From Stellaceae bacterium (lineage in GTDB: Bacteria > Pseudomonadota > Alphaproteobacteria > ATCC43930 > CGMCC-115725), in contig DATAUV010000115.1 in assembly GCA_036268075.1 (NCBI GenBank), positions 6,523 to 70,522 on the forward strand: DNA of 64,000 bases, given 5' to 3'. The position numbers and the translations under genes are program-made. The notes beneath the pieces are model-generated. The model did not search any database. It was not told where the DNA came from and worked only from the letters and a program-made list of their open reading frames with translations. Positions 57,620 to 64,000 of this stretch are shown one piece after another. Numbering within the stretch: position 1 is the first letter of the stretch; each line of letters starts with the position of its first letter.

Positions 57620-58972
57620 CTACCGCGCCGCCGCGTCGCCACCCGTGTAGCTGACCCGCCAGATCGTGCCGTTGCCGTCCTCGCCGACCAGCAGCGAGCC
57701 GTCCTTCATCACCGCGACCCCGACCGGGCGACCCCATACGCCGCCGTCATCGGTCACGAACCCGGTCAGGAAATCCTCGTACTCGCCGGTCGGGACGCCG
57801 TTTTTGACGACGATGCGGACGAGCTTGTACCCGGTCCGCTGCGCCCGGTTCCACGAACCGTGCAACGTCACGAACGCATTGCCGCGGTACTCGGAGGGGA
57901 ACATCGCACCGTCGTAGAACGCGATCTGCAACGGCGCCGAGTGCGGCTGGATCAGCACGTCGGGCATCGCGACCTTGCCCGCGAGGTCGGGGCGCTCGCC
58001 CTTGTGGCGCGGGTCGGGGTGGTCGCCGATATAGTACCAGGGCCAGCCGTAAAACCCGCCTTCCTTGACCCGCGTCACGTAGTCGGGCGGCAGGTTGTCG
58101 CCGAGCCCGTCGCGCTCGTTGGTCGCGCACCAAGGCGTGCCGGTCGCCGGGTCGATCGCGAGCCCGGCGCAGTTGCGGATGCCGGTCGCGAGCGCCTTGC
58201 CGCCGTGCCCCTCCGGGTCGAACACCCGCACATCCGCCCGGTTCGCCTCATGCTCCCAGCCGGCGCCGAGCCCGTGCCGCGCCTCCCACGGGCGGATCTG
58301 GTCCGGGCTCCATTTCGGCATGTTCTCGGCGTCGTTCGTGCTCGACCCGACCGCGGCGTACATCTGCTTGCCGTCGGGCGAAAAGGCGATGTCGCGGGTC
58401 CAATGCCCGCCGCCCGTCTCCGCCAGCGGCGCGACGAGCGTCTGCGCCGGGCCGCTCGCGCGCAGGTCGCCGTTGCGGTACGGGAAGCGCACGACCGACT
58501 GGGTATTGCCGACATAGACATATTGCGGGTTCGGCCCCGGCGGCCAGAACGCGATGCCGTAGGGGCTGTCGAGCCCGGTGGCGAAGGTCTGGTGCTCAGG
58601 CGCGTCCTTGCCGGGGCGCAAGACGACGATCGCGCCGGCGCGGCTCTCGGCGACAAACACATCCCCGTTCGGCGCGACCCGGATCGCGCGCGGACCTTCG
58701 AGGTGATCGGCAAAGCGTGCGACCGAGAACCCGCGCGGCACCGAGGGCTTGGCCCCATCCGGCTCCCGCACGATGCGCGGGGTGTCGCGCGCGGAGGGGC
58801 TGGCGAAGGGCGCCGGCAGGTCGGCCGCGGAGATTTTGCGCACGGTCCCGGGCGCATCCTGGCGCCAATCGCCAAACGCCGCGGCGCCGGTCAGGACGCG
58901 AGGTTGGTCGGCAGCCCAGGCTGAGGCGGCGACCGCGCCGCACAGGGCGGCGGCGAGGATAAGGTTTCGCAT
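57620..58972 (-). CDS. Periplasmic PQQ-dependent sugar (glucose/sorbosone) dehydrogenase, beta-propeller
   Basis: Signal peptide MRNLILAAALCGAVAASAWA. PRAIRVAPNGDVFVAE and GRPVGVAVMKDGSLLVGEDGNGTIWRV. The upstream ORF extension to 59203 lies in a REP element. Confidence 0.75.
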   Translation of the reverse strand: MRNLILAAALCGAVAASAWAADQPRVLTGAAAFGDWRQDAPGTVRKISAADLPAPFASPSARDTPRIVREPDGAKPSVPRGFSVARFADHLEGPRAIRVAPNGDVFVAESRAGAIVVLRPGKDAPEHQTFATGLDSPYGIAFWPPGPNPQYVYVGNTQSVVRFPYRNGDLRASGPAQTLVAPLAETGGGHWTRDIAFSPDGKQMYAAVGSSTNDAENMPKWSPDQIRPWEARHGLGAGWEHEANRADVRVFDPEGHGGKALATGIRNCAGLAIDPATGTPWCATNERDGLGDNLPPDYVTRVKEGGFYGWPWYYIGDHPDPRHKGERPDLAGKVAMPDVLIQPHSAPLQIAFYDGAMFPSEYRGNAFVTLHGSWNRAQRTGYKLVRIVVKNGVPTGEYEDFLTGFVTDDGGVWGRPVGVAVMKDGSLLVGEDGNGTIWRVSYTGGDAAAR

Positions 58973-59020
58973 ATCGCGCAAACGCCGCGTCGGCGGCGCC
59001 GTCCGCCTCGCTGCACGCGG

Positions 59021-59134
59021 CGCCCTCACCCGGCCTTCGGCCACCCTCTCCCGCGATGCGGAGGGGACGAGGCTAGAGAATCCCCTCGCCCGCATGGCGG
59101 GAGAGGGTGGCGAGCGGAGCGAGACGGGTGAGGG
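59021..59134. repeat. REP-like inverted repeat, family D
   Basis: gccctcaccc...ccaccctctcccgcgatgcgg...ccgcatggcgggagagggtgg...gggtgagggc. Arms match those of 37750-37936. Confidence 0.8.
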
Positions 59135-59151
59135 CGCGAGCGCGGCGAAGC

Positions 59152-59574
59152 CTACTCCGCCGCCTCTTTCACCGGCACCGGGAGCGGCTCCGTCCCGGTC
59201 CACGGGTGTTCGGCGACATCGAACAGGATGCCTTCCGGCCCGTAGAACTTGGTCTCGAACCCGCCGGTCCGCTCCGGCTCGCCCTGGTCCATGTAGTGCT
59301 TGGCGCCGAGGCTTTCGGCGAGCTTGGCGCTCTCTTCCATGTCGTCGACCAGGATGCCGAAATGGTGCAGCCCGGTGTAGTCCATGCCCTTGCCGATCTG
59401 GTCGGTTTTGAAGCGCAGGATGGCGAGGTCGATCGTGCCGTCGCTCAGATGGTGCCCGTAGGCGAGCGGCCCGTCATTCGAGCGCACGATCTTGAAGTCG
59501 AACGCCTTGCAATAGAACTCCGCCATCTTGTCCGGGTCTTTCGCGGCGATGGCGATGTGGCGCAGCTTGGCCAT
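59152..59574 (-). CDS. VOC (glyoxalase/bleomycin-resistance/dioxygenase) family protein, copy 2
   Basis: MAKLRHIAIAAKDPDKMAEFY...GLHHFGILVDD...PLPVPVKEAAE. Only the 3' part of listed ORF 59152..60024 is in the true frame. Confidence 0.8.
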   Translation of the reverse strand: MAKLRHIAIAAKDPDKMAEFYCKAFDFKIVRSNDGPLAYGHHLSDGTIDLAILRFKTDQIGKGMDYTGLHHFGILVDDMEESAKLAESLGAKHYMDQGEPERTGGFETKFYGPEGILFDVAEHPWTGTEPLPVPVKEAAE

Positions 59575-59593
59575 GTTTCTTGTTCCTTTCTGA

Positions 59594-60019
59594 CTACTCG
59601 GCGGCTTCCTTGAGCGGCACGGGAAGCGGCTCGGCGCCGGCCCAGCCGTGTTCGGCGATGTCGAACAGGATGCCTTCCGGCCCGAAGAACTTCTTTTCGA
59701 AGTACCCGGCCTGGTGCCCGCCGTCACCCTGGTCGATGTAGTGCTCGGCGCCGAGGCTGTCGAGCCTTTGGGTGAACTCCTCGACATCCTCGACCAGCAC
59801 GCCGAAATGGTGGATGCCGCGATAGTCCATGCCTTTGCCGAGCTGGTCGGTCTTGAACTTGAGGATCGCCATGTTGAGCGTGCCGTCCGACAGGAACACG
59901 CCGTCGGCGAGATGCCCGTTCGGCCGCCCGACTTCCTTGAAGTCAAACGCCTTTTTATAGAATTCGGCCATCGCTTCCGGGTCTTCGGCGGCGATCGCGA
60001 TATGGCGCAGCTTGGGCAT
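59594..60019 (-). CDS. VOC (glyoxalase/bleomycin-resistance/dioxygenase) family protein, copy 1
   Basis: MPKLRHIAIAAEDPEAMAEFY...GIHHFGVLVED...PLPVPLKEAAE. About two-thirds identical to copy 2 by eye. Confidence 0.8.
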   Translation of the reverse strand: MPKLRHIAIAAEDPEAMAEFYKKAFDFKEVGRPNGHLADGVFLSDGTLNMAILKFKTDQLGKGMDYRGIHHFGVLVEDVEEFTQRLDSLGAEHYIDQGDGGHQAGYFEKKFFGPEGILFDIAEHGWAGAEPLPVPLKEAAE

Positions 60020-60069
60020 GGCACGCTCCTTATGAGTGCGGTTTAGCTGCTTCTACCACGAAAACCGCG

Positions 60070-60513
60070 TTATTTCGAGGCGCCGCGCAGCGTATCGAGC
60101 GGAATCCCGGCGAGAATTTCCGCCATCTGGCGCCCCACCAGCCGCACCGCCTCGTCGCGGGAAAACAGCCCGAACCGGTCCATTTCCGGCAGCATCGCCC
60201 CGTCAAGCGCCGCGAACTCGGAGACGCAGACCAGCGTTTTCGGATCGGGCATCTCGGCCGGGACCCAGCCGAACAGGCACAGCCCCTTGTTGCTCTGGTA
60301 GGGATACGTGCCGATCGGCACCAGCGCGTCGGCATCCGCGACGAGCCCCGTTTCCTCTTGCAGCTCACGGAGAGCGGCGTCGAGAAACGCCTCGCCCGGG
60401 TCCGCGACGCCTTTCGGGATATCCCAGCGCGGCGTCCGCGTCGCGTGGCCGAGCAGCAGCACCCGCCCGTCGGTGACGATGACGCCGCAGCTTACGGGCT
60501 TGTCGCTATTCAA
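60070..60513 (-). CDS. NUDIX hydrolase
   Basis: Nudix box GVADPGEAFLDAALRELQEETGL. TTG start. Confidence 0.8.
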   Translation of the reverse strand: MNSDKPVSCGVIVTDGRVLLLGHATRTPRWDIPKGVADPGEAFLDAALRELQEETGLVADADALVPIGTYPYQSNKGLCLFGWVPAEMPDPKTLVCVSEFAALDGAMLPEMDRFGLFSRDEAVRLVGRQMAEILAGIPLDTLRGASK

Positions 60514-60644
60514 GGCCGCATTCCACCGCTGACCCCGCCGTAAAACCCGCCCTGCCGGCTGTCGTCATTGTCGCTGTCGCTTTTCGGCGCGCAGCCGGCG
60601 AACAGCAGACACATCGCCAGCGCCAGCCACAAGGCCGATCTCAC
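60510..60644 (-). CDS. Predicted 44-aa lipoprotein (not in the ORF track, below its size cut-off)
   Basis: Reverse complement reads (V/M)RSALWLALAMCLLFAGCAPKSDSDNDDSRQGGFYGGVSGGMRP*. Has a lipobox (LFAGC). GTGA overlap with the PhyH stop and TTGA overlap with the NUDIX start. Confidence 0.45.
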   Translation of the reverse strand: MRSALWLALAMCLLFAGCAPKSDSDNDDSRQGGFYGGVSGGMRP

Positions 60645-61477
60645 TGCGCGGCCTCATACAGCGCGAACTCCTCGGCGTTCTGGATCCGGAACCGCGCCAC
60701 CGCCGCCTCGTGATATTCGCGCTCCTCGGGCCCGAAATCCGCCAGCGGCCGCCGTTCGTCATCAAAATGCCCGTAGCGGTCGGCGCCGCGCACCAGCGCC
60801 GCCGTCTGCCGCACCGGCGAGCGGCAGGTGACCGAGGTCGGGATATAGCTGATGCCGAACCCGATGCGGCGGTCGCTCGACGCATTCGGGCCCGAGCGGT
60901 GGATCAGATGCGTGTGGTGCAGCGACATCTGCCCCGCCTTCAGCGCCATGAACACGCTGTCGCGGCGGTCGAAATCTACGGTGAGCGTCTGCCCGCGCGA
61001 CAGCATGTTGTCCGCCTGCTCGAACTGGCCGTGATGGAGCTGGCCGCGACGGTGCGTTCCCGGCAGCACCTCCATGCACCCCGCCTCGGCCGGCGCGTCG
61101 GTCAGCGCGACCCAGGCAGTCACATGCGCGGCCGGCTCAAGCCCGAAATAGGTCGAATCCTGGTGCCAGCTCACATAGGCCGGGTCGCCCGCCGATTTCG
61201 GCCAGATCGTGAAATGGAACAGCCGGATGTCCGGCCCGATCAGGTCCTCGACGGGATCGAGCACGGCCGGGTGCCGCACCAGCGCGTCGACCCAGGGAAA
61301 CAACAGATGCGGCTTGAAATTATGCCCCTTGCCGAATTTCCGTCCCTCCGCGCGCTCGAAACCTTCGAGCCTGTCGCGGAACCCCAGCGCCTCCTCACGA
61401 CTGAACGCCTCGATCGGAAAGATGAACCCGTCGCGGCGGTACTGCGCGATCTGCGCCTCGGTCAGCCTCTTGCCCAT
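60641..61477 (-). CDS. Phytanoyl-CoA dioxygenase (PhyH) family Fe(II)/2-oxoglutarate oxygenase
   Basis: YRRDGFIFP, VSWHQDSTYF (HxD), HHTHLIHRSGPN (distal His). Confidence 0.8.
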   Translation of the reverse strand: MGKRLTEAQIAQYRRDGFIFPIEAFSREEALGFRDRLEGFERAEGRKFGKGHNFKPHLLFPWVDALVRHPAVLDPVEDLIGPDIRLFHFTIWPKSAGDPAYVSWHQDSTYFGLEPAAHVTAWVALTDAPAEAGCMEVLPGTHRRGQLHHGQFEQADNMLSRGQTLTVDFDRRDSVFMALKAGQMSLHHTHLIHRSGPNASSDRRIGFGISYIPTSVTCRSPVRQTAALVRGADRYGHFDDERRPLADFGPEEREYHEAAVARFRIQNAEEFALYEAAQ

Positions 61478-61552
61478 GGGGACACTCCTTGCGAGCCGCC
61501 AGCATAGGATTTAGTGCGTGTGAGGCCAAGGAGGCGGCGAAGCCGTTAGATT

Positions 61553-61736
61553 TTAGCGCAAAGGACGCAAAGGAGGACGCGGAGGCGTTCGTGCCGCGGC
61601 GAAGCCGTAATGGTTCACAATGAGGCGATGAGACAGTGAGGTGGGATAACCCGTAAATCTCACTGTCTCACCGCCTCATTGTGAATCTAGTGCCGCTGCG
61701 CGCCGTTTCTCGGCGCCTTCGCGTCCTTTGCGCTAA
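61553..61736. repeat. Composite palindromic element: family F outer arms with a family E element nested inside (61614-61686)
   Basis: Outer ttagcgcaaaggacgcaaagg... / ...ccttcgcgtcctttgcgctaa. Inner ttcacaatgaggcgatgagacagtgagg...ctcactgtctcaccgcctcattgtgaa. Confidence 0.8.
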
Positions 61737-61742
61737 AGACAC

Positions 61743-61828
61743 GGTAGGATGGGCTGAGCCTTGACGAAGCCCATCGTTTCCGAGCCGGAAGCACCGATGG
61801 GCTTCGCCAGGGCTCAGCCCATCCTACG
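61743..61828. repeat. REP family B element in everted arrangement
   Basis: ggtaggatgggctgagcc..gaagcccatcg...cgatgggcttcgcc..gctcagcccatcctacg. The arm order is swapped relative to the other four copies. Confidence 0.8.
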
Positions 61829-61901
61829 GCATCACCAATGCGCGACCCGCTCGCGTGCTTTGGGCTAAAGTGTCTCCGCAACCGCCTGAAAGCCGCCCGC
61901 C

Positions 61902-63506
61902 ATGAACCCATCTCCCCGCCCCTACCGAGCCCTGATCATCGGCCGCCGTGGGGCGGTGGCGGCGAACCATCCGCTGGCGGCGCAGGCGGGGCTGATGGCG
62001 CTGAGGGCCGGCGGCAACGCGGTCGACGCGGCGGTGGCGGTGGCGGCGAGCCTTGCCGTGGTCGAACCGATGATGTCGGGGATTGGCGGCGACGGGTTCT
62101 ATCATGTGTTCGACGCCAGAACCGGCCGCGCCACGGTCTATAACGGCACCGGCCCGGCGCCCAAGGCCGCGACGCCGGAGCGCTATGCCGGCGGCATCCC
62201 GCGCACCGGCCCGCTCTCGGCCTCGGTGCCGGGGATGCTCGCCGGGCTCGGGATGATGCACCGCGCGCAAGGCCGCCTGCCCTGGCGCGACCTCTTTGCC
62301 GAGGCGATCGCCCAGGCCCGCGACGGCTACGGCGCGACGCCGCATTATCGCCATTTCGCCCTCGACAACGCCGCGATCCTGCGCGCCGACCGGCGCAGTG
62401 CCCCGGTCTTCCTCAAGAACGACGCGGCGGTCGGCGCGACGATCGTGCAGCCCGACCTTGCCCGCACCCTCGAGGAGATTGCCGCCGAGGGGGCCGACGC
62501 GCTCTACCGCGGCCCCCTCGCCCGCCGCCTCGCGCAAGGCTGCGCCGAGGCCGGCGCCCTCGTCGCCGAAGCCGATCTCGCCGAGTTCGAGGCCGAGGAA
62601 CAGGCGCCGATCGGCATCGACTACCGCGGCTACACCGTGCTCGAAGCGCCGCCGAACTCGACCGGCTTCGTGCTGCTGCAGGAACTGAAGATCGCCGAGA
62701 ATTTCGATATCGCCGCGATGGGGCTGGGGTCGCCCGACCTCGTCCACACGATGGTCGAGGCTCGGAAGCTCGCCTTCGCCGACCGCGAGCGCTGGGGCAG
62801 CGACTCGCGCACGCTGACCGCACCGATCGACGAGATATTGTCAGGCGGATACTGCGCCCGCCTCGCCGCCCAGATCGACCCGCGCCGGGCCGCGCCACTG
62901 CGCCCGTTCGCCGACGCCGCCGGCGACACGACCTATTTCTGCACCGCCGACGGCGACGGCAACGCGGTCAGCGGCATCCAGAGCATCAACAGCGCCTGGG
63001 GCTCGGGGGTGACGGCCGGCGACACCGGCATCCTCCTCAACAACCGCATGGCCTATTGGCACCTCGACCCCGGCCACCCGAACTATTTGCGTCCCGGCCG
63101 CCGTGTCCGCCAGACGATGAACCCGCCGCTGGTGCTCAAGGACGGCAAGCTGTGGTGCGTCTTCGGCACCCCCGGCGCCGACAACCAGGTGCAGGTGAAT
63201 TTCCAGGTCCTGACCGCGATGATCGATCACGGCCTCGACCCGCAACAGGCCGCCGAGATGCCGCGCTGGACCTGTAATCTCTCAGGCCAATACGCCAACT
63301 ACCCGCATGAAGGCCCCGACGTGCTGACGATCGAGCGCCGCTTTTCCGACGCGACCCGCAGCGACCTCGCCGCCCGCGGCCACCCGGTCGACACGGTCGG
63401 CGACCTCGAAGGGCCTTGCAGCATCGAGATCATCCGCCGCGACGAAGCCGGCACCCTCTACGCCGGCTCCGACCCGAGGCGCGACGGCTGGGCGCTGGCC
63501 TGGTAG
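61902..63506 (+). CDS. ggt: Gamma-glutamyltransferase-family (Ntn hydrolase) protein, no obvious signal peptide
   Basis: AANHPLAAQAG, VEPMMSGIGGDGF and the autoprocessing-site context AGDTTYFCTAD. Confidence 0.82.
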   Translation: MNPSPRPYRALIIGRRGAVAANHPLAAQAGLMALRAGGNAVDAAVAVAASLAVVEPMMSGIGGDGFYHVFDARTGRATVYNGTGPAPKAATPERYAGGIPRTGPLSASVPGMLAGLGMMHRAQGRLPWRDLFAEAIAQARDGYGATPHYRHFALDNAAILRADRRSAPVFLKNDAAVGATIVQPDLARTLEEIAAEGADALYRGPLARRLAQGCAEAGALVAEADLAEFEAEEQAPIGIDYRGYTVLEAPPNSTGFVLLQELKIAENFDIAAMGLGSPDLVHTMVEARKLAFADRERWGSDSRTLTAPIDEILSGGYCARLAAQIDPRRAAPLRPFADAAGDTTYFCTADGDGNAVSGIQSINSAWGSGVTAGDTGILLNNRMAYWHLDPGHPNYLRPGRRVRQTMNPPLVLKDGKLWCVFGTPGADNQVQVNFQVLTAMIDHGLDPQQAAEMPRWTCNLSGQYANYPHEGPDVLTIERRFSDATRSDLAARGHPVDTVGDLEGPCSIEIIRRDEAGTLYAGSDPRRDGWALAW

Positions 63507-63523
63507 GGCCAAAAGGAATTTTA

Positions 63524-63700
63524 CCGCGGAGGACGCGGAGGTTCGCGGAGGTTTTCGCTCCTCTTTTCCCGTCATCCCGGCGAAGGCCGGGACCCACGGC
63601 TCAAACACCCGAACGGCGGATAAATTGGGTCCCGGCCTCCGCCGGGATGACGGGAGGTAAGAAGCCCTTTCTCCGTCCGCGTACCTCCGCGTCCTCCGCG
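63524..63700. repeat. Nested palindromic element, family G
   Basis: Outer ccgcggaggacgcggaggt / acctccgcgtcctccgcg. Inner cccgtcatcccggcgaaggccgggaccca / tgggtcccggcctccgccgggatgacggg. Shares GGAGGACGCGGAGG with family F. Confidence 0.8.
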
Positions 63701-63751
63701 AGAAAACCTTCCTCTTCGTCCCGTCCGTGCCTTCATGGTACACCCGACGCC

Positions 63752-64000
63752 ATGATCGACCTCCCGAGAGACGGCCTCGTCGCCGTCGTCAAGCGCGACT
63801 GCCCGACCTGCGAGCTGACCGTGCCGGTGCTGGCCGAGCTGGCGGCGCGCGGCGCCCTCACCGTCTTCACCCAGGACGACCCGAGCTTCCCCGAAGCGAT
63901 CCCCGGCCGCATCGACGACACCACGCTCGACGTCTCGCACCGCCTTCAGATCGAGGTCGTGCCGACCCTGATCCGCATCAACGCCGGCGCGGAAGCCGAT
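63752..64000 (+). CDS. Thioredoxin-fold-like protein, N-terminal part (continues beyond window end)
   Basis: MIDLPRDGLVAVVKRDCPTCELTVPVLAEL has a CPxC motif at the position expected for a thioredoxin-like fold. Partial. Confidence 0.4.
   Translation, partial: MIDLPRDGLVAVVKRDCPTCELTVPVLAELAARGALTVFTQDDPSFPEAIPGRIDDTTLDVSHRLQIEVVPTLIRINAGAEAD

Noticed and set aside
59152-60024. 290-aa ORF suggesting a single fused VOC protein.
   Set aside because: Its N-terminal half is an out-of-frame reading of the upstream VOC gene (59594..60019). In-frame, there are two separate genes of about 140 aa with their own starts and a 19-nt spacer containing an RBS.

Overview
High-GC chromosomal core region of an alphaproteobacterium. 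The taxon call rests on MucR/Ros, Irr plus Fur/Mur, olsBA and the conserved gene order. Nearly all of the window is housekeeping and syntenic. Main blocks: typA, dapB, murJ, trpS, tsaB-rimI, olsBA-miaB-phoH-ybeY-corC-lnt, metK-trmB, rimP-nusA-ylxR-infB-rbfA-truB-rpsO-pnp, cysK-moeB, dut-coaBC, ubiE-ubiB, mutM, rpsT, dnaA-dnaN-recF-gyrB. I saw no rRNA, tRNA, CRISPR array, transposase, integrase or prophage. Accessory content is small: three type II toxin-antitoxin pairs (HigBA-like, MNT/HEPN, YefM/YoeB) wedged between conserved operons, an orphan SARP/BTAD regulator, and a cytoplasmic sulfatase with a CxAxR motif. There is also a minus-strand string of phytanoyl-CoA-dioxygenase-like, mini-lipoprotein, NUDIX and duplicated VOC genes. 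Intergenic DNA is heavily colonised by at least six families of REP/MITE-like palindromic elements, several nested in one another. I found no large novel system. The best candidates for undescribed biology are listed here. (1) irr is followed by a near-consensus Irr box (ICE), a rubrerythrin / HdrD-like Fe-S / DUF3501 gene string, and three perfect 16-bp tandem repeats each carrying an ICE half-site. (2) A promoter plus intrinsic terminator forms a very short leader in front of rimP-nusA-infB. (3) A cluster-less Rrf2 regulator sits upstream of cysK-moeB. (4) The translationally coupled PhyH / 44-aa lipoprotein / NUDIX unit. All coordinates were counted by hand and may be off by a few nt. Product calls rest on recognisable motifs and remembered family sequences, not on searches.
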